Position numbers and translations under genes: made by a program. A DNA stretch of 64,000 nucleotides from NCBI RefSeq assembly GCF_009914755.1, contig NC_060929.1; one strand, written 5' to 3'. The notes under the pieces were generated by a model, which did no database searches, had not been told where the DNA came from, and saw nothing but the letters and a program-made list of their open reading frames with translations. This DNA comes from the human T2T-CHM13v2.0 reference genome, Homo sapiens. Shown in pieces: positions 15,931 to 31,230 of this stretch. Within the stretch, counting starts at the first letter, position 1, and each line of letters starts with the position of its first letter.

Positions 15931-16169
15931 AAAAGGTAAGAGCACGAAAATGGGCCTTAGCTTCTTCTCAGTTTGGGAAGATGTTACAGTGCCAGTATTA
16001 TCTCATAACAATTGTAATCATGAACAGAATCTGATAAATCAAAATGGTGAATCAGGAATGGGCATCTGTGGAGGGGATCCTCTGGCGATCAACAACATCC
16101 ATATGGGGTGAAGTTGCCTGACTCAACAATTGTGGGCCGCTGCTATTTTCACCCTTTCAGTGATTAAAT

Positions 16170-16700
16170 GTTAAAATACCTGACAATACCAAGTGTTAGA
16201 GAGTATATGAAACTTTAGAGTATCTTATGTATTGTAAGTGGGAACATGTGTGGTACCATCACTTTGAAAAAGAATCTGTTGTCTTATGAAGCTGGAAGTC
16301 ACATATCTCAAAACCTACCAATTCCATTTCAGAGCACACTCCCAAGAAAAGTTCTTGCACATAAATGCATACCAGGAAATATGTAAAAGAATGTTGGTAT
16401 CTTCGCTTTTAACAGTAACAAAAACCTGATGGAAAGGGAGGATCCAAAACTCCATTATTAGGAGAGTGGATGAAAATTATTATGGTATATTTTCAAAATG
16501 GAGTATTTTACAAAGTCCAAATAAGTAAATCAAATTACTCAAAAGTCTGGTTGCACCATAACAATGTAATGTTCAGTAAAAAAAAAAAAAAAAATGGTTG
16601 ATAAGACTACATAAAGCATGGTTATATTTTATAAAGTTAATATTTTTAAAATGTCCATTAAAATACGTAGATACATAATGATAAATAAATCTAAATTAAA
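16170..16700 (+). mobile_element. Ancient L1 (L1ME-like) 3' fragment
   Basis: ctgacaataccaagtgtt...ggtaccatcactttgaaaa...caattccatttc. Confidence 0.6.
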
Positions 16701-17600
16701 AATAAGCAATTGAATAACGAACTCAGAATTCGCCCTGGTTATGTTGATTTAGAGAGTTGGGAGAAGGGATACAAAAAATTATATCCACAAAAAATTAAAT
16801 TGAAAGATAGACCTTAAATTTACACCAAAAATGAATTTCTTAACACTGAATGGCAAAATCACATTTACCCATCCATCCACAGACAAAACTGCACCACCTA
16901 AAATCTCCCTGAGTGAGGCTGTGCCTCTACAAAATAGAGAAAATGGAAAAGCATGCACACTACAAAACTACAACAAAGTGTATTTTCCAAGCAAAGCAGG
17001 CTAAAAGAAAGGGAACAGAATTGGAGCGACCAAACTTTTTAAGTCCAGGTCTGCTCCCAAGCTCTACATCAGACAATATTTGCGTTAGATAATTCTCTGT
17101 GCCATGATTTCCAGTTGAGAAGTAAATAAGGTAAAGTAGAAACTACACTTGGCAGAGGGCCTGTCACAAATTACCATTCAATATGAACTACTCAATCTTG
17201 GGGGAGAACTAAAAAATAGGGCAAGAATATAAAATTGCTTATAAGAAGTTACTTTATGGAAATTGGAGGGGGGAAATCATTTCCCCACATAAACAATTTT
17301 TTTCAATGTTTTGAACTACTCTGTAAAAAGAGAAATGCAATCATATTAATATATTTTAAAAATTACAACTCTAAGCTCCTTGTTATTGACAAGAAGTAAA
17401 CAAAGTAAAATGACACCAAGAATTAAAAATAAAGAACTGAATACCTGAATTTAATCAATTTTAAGGTAAGTCATAAGATAAGTCGTTTGCCATTTTCATA
17501 TCTCTGAAACAGGTATACATTTTAAATCTGCTGATCTTTCAGGACTGTGACATAGTTTAATTAGCAGATTTTTCTTAGTAGTATTGAAATAACGACACAT

Positions 17601-20600
17601 CCCTCTCCCTCCCCCTCCCCCTCCCCCTCCCCTTCTCCCTCTTTGCACCGTCTCCCTCTGATGCCCAGCCGAGGCTGGACTGTACTGTCGCCATCTTGGC
17701 TCACTGCAACCTCCCTGCCTGATTCTCCTGCCTCAGCCTGCCCAGTGCCTGGGATTGCAGGCGCGCACCACCACGCCTGACTGGTTTTTGTATTTTTTGG
17801 TGCAGACGGGGTTTCGCCGTGTTGGCCGGGCTGGTCTCCAGCTCCTGACCGCGAGTAATCTGCCAGCCTCGGCCTCCGGAGGTGCCGGCATTGCAGACGG
17901 AGTCTCGCTCACTCAGTGCTCAATGGTGCCCAGGCTGGAGTGCAGTGGCGTGATCTCGGCTTGCTACAACCTCTCCCTCCCAGCTGCATGCCTTGGCCTC
18001 CCAAAGTGCCGAGATTGCAGCCTCTGCCCGGCCGCCACCCCGTCTAGGAAGTGAGGAGCGTCTCTGCCTGGCCACCCATCGTTTGGGATGTGAGGAACCC
18101 CTGTGCCCGGCTGCCCAGTCTGGGAAGTGAGGAGCGCCTCTTCCCGGCCGTCATCCCGTCTAGGAAGTGAGGAGCGTCTCTGCCCGGCTGCCCATCGTCT
18201 GGGATGTGGGGAGCGACTCTGCCCCGCCACCCGTCTGAGATGTGAAGAGCGCCTCTGCCCGGCCGTGACCCCGTCTGGGAACTGAGGAGTGTCTCTGCCC
18301 CAACGCCACGCCGTCTGGGAGGTGAGGAGCGTCTCTGACCGGCCGCCCCGTCAGAGAAGTGAGGAGCCCCTCCGCCCAGCAGCCGCCCTGTCTGGGAAGT
18401 GAGGAGTCCCTCCGCCCGGCAGCCGCCCTGTCCGGGAAGTGAGGAGCATCTCGCCCGGCAGCCGCCCCGTCCGGGAGGTGGGGGCAGCCCCAGCCCGGCC
18501 AGCCGCCCCGTCCGGGAGGTGGGGGCAGCCCCAGCCCAGCCACGGCCCTGTCTTGGGGGTGGGGGGCGCCTCTGCCCAGCCGCCCCGTCTGGGAAGTGAG
18601 GAGCCCCTCTGCCCAGCCGCCACCCCGTCTGGGAGGTGTACCCAAGAGCTCATTGAGAACGGGCCATGATAACGATGGCGGTTTTGTGGAATAGAAAAGG
18701 GGGAAATGTGGGGAAAAGAAAGAGAGATCACCCCTCCCCCTCCCCCTCCCTCTCTCCATGGTCTCCCTCTCCCTCTCTTTCCACGGTCTCCCTCTGATGC
18801 CGAGCCGAAGCTGGACTGTACTGCTGCCATCTCGGCTCACTGCAACCTCCCTGCCTGATTCTCCTGCCTCAGCCTGCGGAGTGCCTGCGATTGCAGGCGC
18901 GCGTCGCCACGCCTGACTGGTTTTCGTATTTTTTTGGTGGAGACGGGGTTTCGCTGTGTTGGCCGGGCTGGTCTCCAGCTCCTAACCGCCAGTGATCCGC
19001 CAGCCTCGGCCTCCCGCGGTGCCGGGATTGCAGACGGAGTCTGGTTCACTCAGTGCTCAATGGTGCCCAGGCTGGAGTGCAGTGGCGTGATCTCGGCTCG
19101 CTACAACCTCCACCTCCCAGCCGCCTGCCTTGGCCTCCCAAAGTGCTGAGAGTGCAGCCTCTGCCAGGCCGCCACCCCGTCTGGGAAGTGAGGAGCGTCT
19201 CTGCCTGGCCGCCCATCGTCTGGGACGTGAGGAGCCCCTCTGCCTGGCTGCCCAGTCTGGAAAGTGAGGAGTGTCTCTGCCCGGCCGCCATCCCATCTAG
19301 GAAGTGAGGAGCGCCTCTTCCCGGCCGCCATCCCATCTAGGAAGTGAGGAGCGTCTCTGCCCGGCCACCCATCGTCTGAGATGTGGGGAGCGCCTCTGCC
19401 CCGCCACCTCATCTGGGATGTGAGGAGCACCTCTGCCCGGCCGCGACCCCGTCTGGGAGGTGAGGAGCGTCACTGTCTAGCCGCCCCGTCTGAGAAGTGA
19501 GGAGACCCCCCGCCTGGCAACCGCCCCGTCTGAGAAGTGAGGAGCCCCTCCGCCCGGCAGCCACCCCGTCTGGGAAGTGAGGAGCGTCTCCGCCCGGCAG
19601 CCACCCCGTCCGGGAGGGAGGTGGGGGGGTCAGCGCCCCGCCCGGCCAGCCGCCCCGTCTGGGAGGTGAGGGGCGCCTCTGCCCGGCCACCACCCCGTCT
19701 GGGATGTGTACCCAACAGCTCATTGAGAACGGGCCATGATGACAGTGGCGGTTTTGTGGAATAGAAAGGGGGGAAAGGTGGGGAAAAGATTGAGAAATCG
19801 GATGGTTGCCGTGTCTGTGTAGAAAGAAGTAGACATGGTAGACTTTTCATTTTGTTCTGTACTAAGAAAAATTCTTCTGCCTTGGGATCCTGTTGATCTG
19901 TGACCTTACCCCCAACCCTGTGCTCTCTGAAACATGTGCTGTGTCCACTCAGGGTTAAATGGATTAAGGGCGGTGCAAGATGTGCTTTGTTAAACAGATG
20001 CTTGAAGGCAGCATGCTCGTTAAGAGTCATCACCACTCCCTAATCTCAAGTACCCAGGGACACAAACACTGCGGAAGGCCGCAGGGTCCTCTGCCTAGGA
20101 AAACCACAGACCTTTGTTCACTTGTTTATCTGCTGACCTTCCCTCCACTATTGTCCTATGACCCTGCCAAATCCCCCTCTGCGAGAAACACACAAGAATG
20201 ATCAATTAAAAAAAAAAAATAAAGCTGTTTAAACACAAAAAAAAAAAAAAAAAAGAAAGAGATCAGATCGTTACTGTGTCTGTGTAGAAAGAACTAGACA
20301 TAGGAGACTCCATTGTGTTCTGTACTAAGAAAAATTCTTCTGCCTTGGGATGCTGTTAATCTATAACCTTACCCCCAACCCCGTGCTCTCTGAAACATGT
20401 GCTGTGTCCACTAAGGGTTAAATGGATTAAGGGCGGTGCAAGATGTGCTTTGTTAAACAGATGCTTGAAGGCAGCATGCTCGTTAAGAGTCATCACCACT
20501 CCCTAATCTCAAGTACCCAGGGACACAAACACTGCGGAAGGCGGCGGCGGGGCGCTCTGCCTAGGAAAACCAGAGAGCTTTGTTCACATGTTTATCTGCT

Positions 20601-20701
20601 GACCTTCCCTCCACTATTGTCCTATGACCCTGCCAAATCCCCCTCTCCCAGAAACAGCCAAGAATGATCAATAAATACTAAGAAAATAAAAAATAAAAAA
20701 A
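17601..20701 (+). mobile_element. Outer SVA (SVA_B-like), interrupted between 18731 and ~20255
   Basis: CCCTCT-type head, Alu-like domain, VNTR, SINE-R resuming at ~20256, AATAAA and A-tail; 16-bp TSD gaaataa(c/t)gacacatc at 17586-17601 and 20702-20717. Confidence 0.95.
18731..20254 (+). mobile_element. Inner full-length SVA (SVA_D-like)
   Basis: Second hexamer head, Alu-like domain, VNTR and SINE-R (gaaaagattgagaaatcggatggttgccg); flanked by aaaagaaagagagatca / aaaagaaagagatca. Confidence 0.95.
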
Positions 20702-20924
20702 GAAATAATGACACATCTTACAATGACTAGTTTCTTAGATTGAGGAAATTATAATTCCAGACAAATGTTAAGCCAAAGAAGGCCAGTGTAGCTCTAGTAC
20801 TACATTGGCTTAGCCTCTCTCTTCAAATTACTTAGCTTGCTGAAATAATCCAATTAGGCCATCTGGAAAAAAAAAAAAAAAAAAAAAAAACACAAGACAA
20901 ACCAATACAAAAGATGTGCCTGAT

Positions 20925-21891
<967 letters not shown>

Positions 21892-22212
21892 TGACTGTCA
21901 TTTCCATTCAGAAATTAATTTAAAGGAAAAATGTTAAAATAATTCCTGGATATCTTTTCAAATAATGTATTATATTTTATTTCTATTATTTCATTGTGTA
22001 GCAAACACCACTGTTAGGAATACATTTGAGAATATATTTGGAAATGCAAAATGGCAAAAGGCATTACATCACTCGTCCAAGGTGCAACATGAGCATATGC
22101 AGCCGAGACTCCATCCACCTCTTTTTTGGATAATGTAATGTTAAAACTGGTAGTTACTGATGAGAGGAATTGCAGTGGAAGTAGGAATAACAGAGGAAGG
22201 AGAATAACTTAA

Positions 22213-22599
<387 letters not shown>

Positions 22600-23435
22600 A
22601 AAAAAATTTTTAAGGTACAATTTTATGTAAGGCATAGGATTCTTCTTTTTCAAAACCCAACCTAATTATTTCTTTACTCATTTCCCTACTTGATATGAAT
22701 GCCTGATAACCTGGGACTTCAATCCAGCTCCAGCATGAACTACCTTTGTGATCTTGGACTGTGGTGTAAACTCACTGAGCCTCATCTTTAAACCAAGCAA
22801 TACCTCTTTGATATGCTAAAACATCAGATATAAGTGTATTTTGTCTAGGCATGCCTGACACACAGAGTTTCTAGAGGAAAGATCCTGCCCTCTAAGCCCT
22901 GGTGCAACAGACATCACCACACCCATTCCTGGGATCCCTGACTGTACTTCCTGCTTCCTGGATATCTTTTCAAATAATGTGTTATATTTTATTTCATCTC
23001 TGAATGATTAAATAAGAGGTCAAATTTGCTCCTATTTTACAAAGTCCCTTTCATGAATACATTCCTAGTAAAAGTTAATGTTTAGAGATTGCTTGGCAGA
23101 AAATAATCTTCTCAGTTGGTAATAAAATCACTAATTTTTGTTTTTTATGGCTTGAAAGATAATTGTAATAAGAACAAATATAAAATGGTGACTTCTTTGG
23201 TGTATTTTTTCTGTAAGTCAATTTTTTCCATTTCAGGTCATATCCATAGTGAAATTATAATATGTCTTCATCAGAGTCAAATATTCTATTTACAAAAGCA
23301 TCAATGTAAATAGAAAATATTCTATTTACAAAAAAAAACAATTTCATGATCAGATATTATTCTTTACTGTTAATAAAGTAATAACATGCCAGACTGAAGC
23401 CAACATTTCACACCCATGTGTTAATATTCTACCAT

Positions 23436-23699
23436 GGGCAGGGTATGGTATCTCACACATGTAATGACAGCTCTTTGTGATGCAGAGTGGGGAGGATACC
23501 TTGAGGCCAGGAGTTTGAGACCAGCCCAGGCTATATAGAAAGATCCTGTCTCTACAAAGAAATTATTTTATAAATTAGCCATGGGTGGTAGCACACAGAC
23601 CTAAAGTCCTAGCTATTCCGAGTGCTGAGGTGGTAAGGTTCCCTTAGGTGTAGGAGGTAGAGATTACAGTGAGCTACAATTGTGCCACTGCATCCCAAC
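23436..23699 (+). mobile_element. Diverged AluJ
   Basis: ttgaggccaggagtttgagaccagcc...gtgccactgcatccca. Confidence 0.8.
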
Positions 23700-24220
23700 T
23701 GTTACAGGACCAACAGATTCATATGCCTGCTGCACACTTACATACCAATTACACTGAGACAGCAGAGTTTGCATCAGAGAAAGAGTTTAATGATTACAGG
23801 CTTCTGAGTGAGGAGACAGGAGCAAACCTTCAAATTCATCATTCCAGAGAGTTCTGGGCTACAGTTTTTAAGGGGATTGTGGAGGGTGAGAGGCTGGAAA
23901 ATTGGAGAAATTGATCAGTTGGGGTAGGGAGATGAAATCATCAGGATGTGGAAACTGCATTTTCTGGTGACTCACCTTCTCATGGGATCCTGCAGAACAG
24001 CTGACATGAGTAGTTTTACTGGCATGCAGGACCTGAAACAATATTTCAAAGGGAAAACTTAATGTTTCCTTAATATTTAAGTTGTTATCTATAAAGTAGT
24101 TGAGGTGAACTATGATCTTGTAGCAGAGTCTACATACTTCTGAGAAAATAGGCAGTAAACAACTATAAGGAAGCAGGTCAGGGACAAGTTGACCTAATGA
24201 TTAATGCTGAGTGTGCTGGG
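23700..24220 (-). mobile_element. Second LTR26-like LTR, interrupted by MST
   Basis: gttacaggaccaacag, ttttaagg.gattgtggag, gatgaaatcatca and gacctaat.attaatgctga are shared with 20925-21891. Confidence 0.7.
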
Positions 24221-24634
24221 ATATAGTATGGATGTTTGTCCCTGCTCAGATCTCATGTTGACTTATAATCCCCAATGTTAAAGGTGGGACTTGGTGGGAG
24301 ATACAGGGTCATGGGAGTGGATTCCTCCATGGCTTGATGCTGTTTTTGCAATAGTAAGCTTTTGCACCATCTCATCGTTTAAAAGTGTGTGACAACTCTC
24401 CACCACTCTCTCTCTCTCTTGCTTCCACTCTGACATGTGATGTTCCTGCTCCTCCTTTGCCTTACAACATGACTGGAAGCTTCCTGAAGTCTCCCCAGAA
24501 GCAGACGCCACGATGCTTCCTTGTACAGCCTACAGAACCATAAGTCAATTAAACCTTCTTTTGTTTTGTTTTGTTTTTTACAAAATGCCCAGTCTCAGGT
24601 ATTTCTTTATAGCATGCAATAATAGCCTAATACA
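24220..24634 (+). mobile_element. MSTB-like MaLR LTR
   Basis: atctcatgttgacttataatccccaatgtt...cccagtctcaggtatttctttatagca...ctaataca. Confidence 0.88.
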
Positions 24635-24689
24635 TGCTACCTGCGGAGTTTACATTCATTTCTCTCTGATAAAGTTTAGATGACGTTTC

Positions 24690-25039
24690 TCCTCCAAATA
24701 TCATGTTGAAATGTAATCCTCAATCTACAGATGGGGTCTGGTAGGAGGTGTTTGGGTCATGGGGGCAGATCCCTCATGAACGGCTTGGTGCCCTCCCCGC
24801 CATAATGAGTTTACAGGAGATCAAGTTGTTTAAAAGGAGGCCCGGTACCTCTCCCTCTCTCTCTTGCTCCTTCTTTCACCATGTGATACACATGTTTTTC
24901 CTTTGTCTTCCACAATAAGTGGAAGCTTCCTGACACCCTCAACAGAAAACGCTAGTGTCATGCTTGTACAGCACAAAACTGTGAGCCAAAATAAAAATCC
25001 TTTCTTTATAATTTAATCAGTCTCAGTTATCCATTATAG
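24690..25039 (+). mobile_element. Second MST-like MaLR LTR
   Basis: catgttgaaatgtaatcc...gggtcatgggggcagatccctcatgaacggcttggtgc. Confidence 0.85.
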
Positions 25040-25885
<846 letters not shown>

Positions 25886-27530
25886 ATTTCCTCCCGTTTC
25901 TTTTTAAATTCTTTCAGATAAAGCATTTTACAAGAAAGTGAGTCTCCTCTAACATGATATTTGGAGGAGAAGAGTCATCTGATCTCTCATGGCTACGATG
26001 GTTTATTCCCAGTTGGGTAGGACACACATTATTAGGAGGGCTCATTTTTAGCAGGTTGTGAAGTCTCACATCCTATGAAGAGAAAATATGGGTAGGAAAG
26101 GAGAAAAACAGCGACAAACAAACCAAAAAAGATAATTCTGGAAAATCAATATGGGCCATAATACTTTGAAGTCCATACATCAGCAGGCAGGTATGAGAGT
26201 GGTTTATGTATGTACATAGGTTGTTCTTATTTACTTCTGAAGTTTAAGTTGTCTAGCTTCATTTTGCAGGGCTTTAAGAAAGCACAGTTTAGTTTTCAGT
26301 GATTTAAAATTAGGAAAAAATGGGTAAGGGAAAGGAAAAGAAAGAAGAAAATAATTGAAAACATCATTTTGGAGACTTTTAGCCAGAAAAAAATTTTGGA
26401 ATTCAGTCCAAACTGTAGAAAATAATAAAAATTAAATAACATTAGGCAAGACTAGAATCTAACAGCATGTATACTATAGTTGTTGAAACATAATTTTTCT
26501 CTCTCCAGTTTCCCATTTTTACTAAAGAGAAATCATGGTAGGACCTATTCGCTTTATTATACTTGGTCTAATTATTTGTATAAAGTGCCGCAAGAACAAT
26601 TATTTTTCACACAAGCCTTTTTAAATGACTTTGATGGAACTCTATTCCATAGAAAAAGTCTCAGATAAGACTTTTTAAAAGCCGAGCCCAGCCATGGCTT
26701 TGTACCATCGAATACATATGAGTTGGGTAAATTCCCCTCCTCTAGAGGTCCCAAGATCACTTGGGGCTCCTGGGCTTGTCAAAAAGTGACATTCTTTACT
26801 TACCACAAATCAGAAACCCTGTATAGGGTCTGTGTAGACAAGGTTTGGGGCCTGTTTTCCCAAGGAGCTTTTATTGGCTCTGTAACTCAAGTTTGACTCC
26901 TTAAAGAAAAGCACACCATTTCAGTCAAAGCCTTGGTAAAATAACCAGTTTCTCCAATGGTGTTCTGTTGCAAAAGAAAACATTCTTATTGCACTTATGC
27001 AAATAACTACATTGACATAAGTTAAGAATATTCACAAATAGTTTCCAAATTCTGGAGAAATCAGGTAAAGAGAAAGAAATATGCTCCAAATTTTGTTCAC
27101 TGGAGTATACTTTACTGAATTGTTAAAAGCTGTCAATAGCTCAAAAGTAAAGTTTCCTTGACTCAGGAAAACATAAAAAAGGATCAGCAATTTTTTAAGG
27201 ATCAGCAATTTTTTAGCAAAAAATCAACAATATCATTTCAGTCTTCTATTTGTTCGGTCCATGCAATTAACTCCTGTTTGATATTCACGAATACTTCAGC
27301 TCTCCATGAGAGTCCTAAAAGTTTACTCCTCTATTCCACTTTAAAAAAAAAAAAATGTTCCCAAGCAGACTCATGTCACATTTTTCTTTATTCTAATGTC
27401 ACAATCTCCAGAGTAATTAGAAACCTGCATTCAAAAACACCTATCAAAATCCAATAGCTAATTATAAACGACCTTTTGAAGAGGACTGAAAATAAGACAA
27501 TTGTCTGTGGATGACAAAGTCTTAGGACAG
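25886..27530 (-). mobile_element. MER4-int-like ERV1 internal sequence, cut at the duplication breakpoint
   Basis: Contiguous with the LTR and PPT; ends where homology to 53788 begins. Confidence 0.7.
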
Positions 27531-28651
27531 GGTTTTATAATCTATCAAACATTTGTGGAGAGTGTTTTACAAAAAAAAAAAAAAAAAAAAAAAACAAAAA
27601 CCTTTGAGCTACACAGTGAATGTAAAGCTGAGGCTAGACAGGAATGGGATAGGGTGAATCTTCAGTCCCAGAGATCAACAGCCAATGGTTCATTTTTTGT
27701 AGGTTAACCTGACCTGGTGGAGTCCTCCATTGGTACCAAGCACAGTTCTTCACTTTCAACTCTAGATGACTTACCCCGGGGCACTTTTACCTTTTGCTTT
27801 CTGTCTAGCCTCCTACACAGTCTTTCTTTTACCTACTCTACTAGACTAAGTGATTATAACTGTTATCATCTTTTCTGAGCCTATAATCAAAAGTCAGTAT
27901 CTGACAAAGAAGCAGATTGTTAAATCCAAGAATTTCTCTGTATCAGGAAAGTATTAATATGGATTCCTGCCTCCTCATTCATTAGTTGCACAGCTTCCTG
28001 CAACATAACAACTGGCCAGAAGATTCACCTGTGCAAATTGCCTGAGTGTTGGAGACTGCTTTTATTTGATCTCTCCCACCATCCACCCCGTTTTTGTTTT
28101 GTGTCACTTTCATTTGGTTAATAATATTCTAACAATATTTATCATTATAGTTATCTTGATTTGATGCAATTTTTCTTAATGAGATTGATAAAAATATTAG
28201 TCTTTCTTAATTCTTTATTATTTATTGTTTTGGATAACACACTGGAAAGGGAAATAGGAAAGGCTCTACATCGTTTGTCATATGTGCTCCACAATTTGCC
28301 CTCAAGTTTGATTCCTAGGTCCTACCACCCACACAAAACTGCCATCACCAGCCTGCTCCAATTCTACCCAATTACTAGCCATTGTCATAATTCAAAGTTC
28401 CTATGACCTCCTCCAAAGGAGCACAATTTTGTATTTGATCACTTTCTGACCTCCCTGGAATCTACCCCACCTCCAATCACACTAGGATTAGAATCTAAAT
28501 TCTGCAGCTACCTTGATATCAGTCTCTGTAGGGAAGCAGCCTGCAGCCTCCTATGGACTCCCATCAAGACAGGTTACCTTTTCCCGCTACAGGGTGTTGC
28601 TCACAGATTTTTTTTACTAAGATGGGAAGCTGGAGTAGAAATGGGAAGAGA

Positions 28652-28945
28652 GGGCCGGGCACGGTGGCTCACACCTGTAATCCCAGCACTTTGGGAGGCC
28701 AAGGCGAGCAGATCACGAGGTAAAGAGATCGGGACCATCCTGGTCAACATGGTGAAACCCCGTCTCTACTAAAAATACAAAAATCAGCTGGGCGTTGTGG
28801 CACGCTCCTGTAGCCCCAGCTACTCAGGAGGCTGAGGCAGGAGAATCGTTGAACACGGGAGGCAGAGGTTGCACTGAGCCGAGATCGCGCCACTGCACTC
28901 GAGCCTGGTGACAGAGCAAGACTCTGTCTCAAAAGAAAAAAAAAG
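28652..28945 (+). mobile_element. AluS (Sc-like), present only in copy A
   Basis: Absent at the paralogous site ~54900; ggaagagag repeated on both flanks. Confidence 0.9.
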
Positions 28946-29779
28946 AAATAGGAAGAGAGAACTGATGGTAGGTATTTTGCTTTGCAATGACTCCAGACTG
29001 CTCTTCTATTTCATAGTGTCTGTAACTATGTGGGTGAGAACAGTGTAGTTTTTCCTTTATTCTTGCAACCACAGGACCAGGAGGCAATTGGAGGAGCCTC
29101 AAATAGCAGGGAAGGTTTTGGCTAGCTGAAGAAGGGGTATGGTGGGAGGGAGATATTGAGGCAAATCCCTTGGGAGACAGAATTGCAAGGGCAAAATAGA
29201 TTTCCTTACCTGGCAGTGCCTTCTCTGCCTTTGTCCTGCCATCGCTTCTGCCTAGGATCCCCCAGAAAAGGATAGTACTGGTTTGCACAGGAGCAGAAGT
29301 GGTGAAAATGGGAAATGATGAGTGTGGATGGAGATGCTCATGGCAGGGTCTGTAGGTCTCTTTGAGGGGGCTCAACTCACAAAGTGCAGATTTTTATTGA
29401 AATATGAATGCTTGTAGAAAGGACATTTTCCTACTGAGCAATGGCAGTTCCATATTTCTTATCAGAAAGGAAGTAGGCCTCAGTCTGATTGAACAGTGAG
29501 GAGAGGGAGGATTCAACACTTACAAGTTCACCTGCATTGCATTTCCCAGAAGAAAGAAGAAAATCAATAACGCATTTCAAAGATCACGGTGCTAGAGACA
29601 GAGAACCACAATTTAAGCTTTTCCCTGGGCTTAGAGGCGGATGTCTCACTGCCAATTTCACGTCCAACACCGGAGCCTCGCAGTCCATTTTTCTCCCCAG
29701 CTGTTTTAGAAATATCCCCAAATATCAAGGACATCTGAATGAGTGAACCATCAGAATAAGGAGCGATTCCCACAGAGTT

Positions 29780-31230
29780 CCATCCCACAGGGAAGGGACG
29801 GGACCAGCGGGGCAGGCCTGAAGCCTGGGTTGAGCGGCGCTGTGCCTTTCATTCTTCACCGAGATCTCGGACCTAGAGTTTCCAGGTTCCGGAGGGATGC
29901 GGTTGTTGACCGCTAGCCTAGAATCCGTGAGGGCTGAACCGGGACGAAGGCCTAGGACAGAGAGGTGGTGTGGAAGGACCCAGCCGCGGCCACTGGAAGA
30001 GCAGCTTCCTGCAATGTAAAGTGTTCGCGACCTGCATTTGTTTTGCTTTCTTCCTGGAGGAGCCAAATCCGTCCCATTCTGGATCCTTATTCCAGCTCCT
30101 TTCCCTCTGCGAATCGCACTTGGTGGGTCGCGGGGCCCTCAGTAATTAGGGATCACGGATCAGCCAAGAAAAATACAGGTTTTCTTAAGCCTGAAGCCAC
30201 TGACTTGAGGAGGGAGCGTGGGAGTAATGTCAGTAGCAGTTTTTTATTTCGTTTTCGTTTTTATTTTCTAGTCACTAGGCCACCAAAGAAAGTTCCACCC
30301 AACGGCCAATCGATCCGTCGCAGCGACTCTCTTTTCCCTGAACGGAGGGTTTATGGCTGACACCTCCACTTGTTTCTCAGAGCCGGGGCTGACTGCCGGC
30401 TGCATCTTTGAATGGCGACCAAAAAAGACATGCATTTGTCTGGCAAAGTCGCTGGCGTTCGCCTGGTGCCCGCGCTTGCCGGGTCCTAGAGCAGCCAGAT
30501 TTTCACACCAGCGAGTCCAGCGCCCAGCGCCACTCCTCCTTCGGATCACCGGTTTCTCACATCCGCAGCAGCACTGGCCTGACAGTTTTCCGGTTGCGAC
30601 AGCGCTAGTTGAGCCAAACAAAACGTTTTCCTGCTTGCTCTGGGCGTCCCATTCTCCATCCGAGGCCTTCTAGTCCCGGTGTCACTGTCGCAGCACCTGG
30701 CGTTCTTTAGCTCTTTCACCAGCGGCGCGGAGCGGGCGGTTTTGCTGTCACGGCACATGTGGCACGGAGTTTCTCGGTGGCCGAAACCCTCTTTTTTCTC
30801 AGAGTCCAGTTTCTTGGTGACAGCGCTGTTGGTTGCGCCATAAGGAATGTTGTCCTTGACAACCCGCCGGCCGCAGTCATTCGCAAGCTCCAGGCACCGA
30901 CATTTCGCAGAACTGAGGTCTCTCGGTCTCAGCACAGCTCGTTGCTCGATGCCTCCATTTTCTCGGGGCGACAGCAATCAGGTCGCCGATCTGAGGGATT
31001 CGGAGCTTCCCCAGCTGGGGTGAGCCTGGCGTTCCCGGGCGGCGGCGGCGGCGCTGGGCTAGGGGAGCCCGCCGCTCCTCCAAGCCGGTGACAGGGGAGC
31101 TGCCCGGGCGCCGTCTCTTCCCAGCGCCGCCGCAGAACCCGCAGAACAGCTCGACCTCCAGAACCCTGTGCTGTGGCGGCGGGGCTGGTGTGTCTGTCGC
31201 AGGACCCCGCAGATTCGTCTGTCGTTGGCT
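29780..31230. promoter_or_regulatory. CpG-island-like region, module A part 1
   Basis: High CpG density outside Alus; (GGC)n near 31037. Confidence 0.7.

Noticed and set aside
17755-20667. Many overlapping ORFs and regularly spaced repeats resembling an array
   Set aside because: These arise from the SVA VNTR, Alu-like and SINE-R domains; not genes and not CRISPR.
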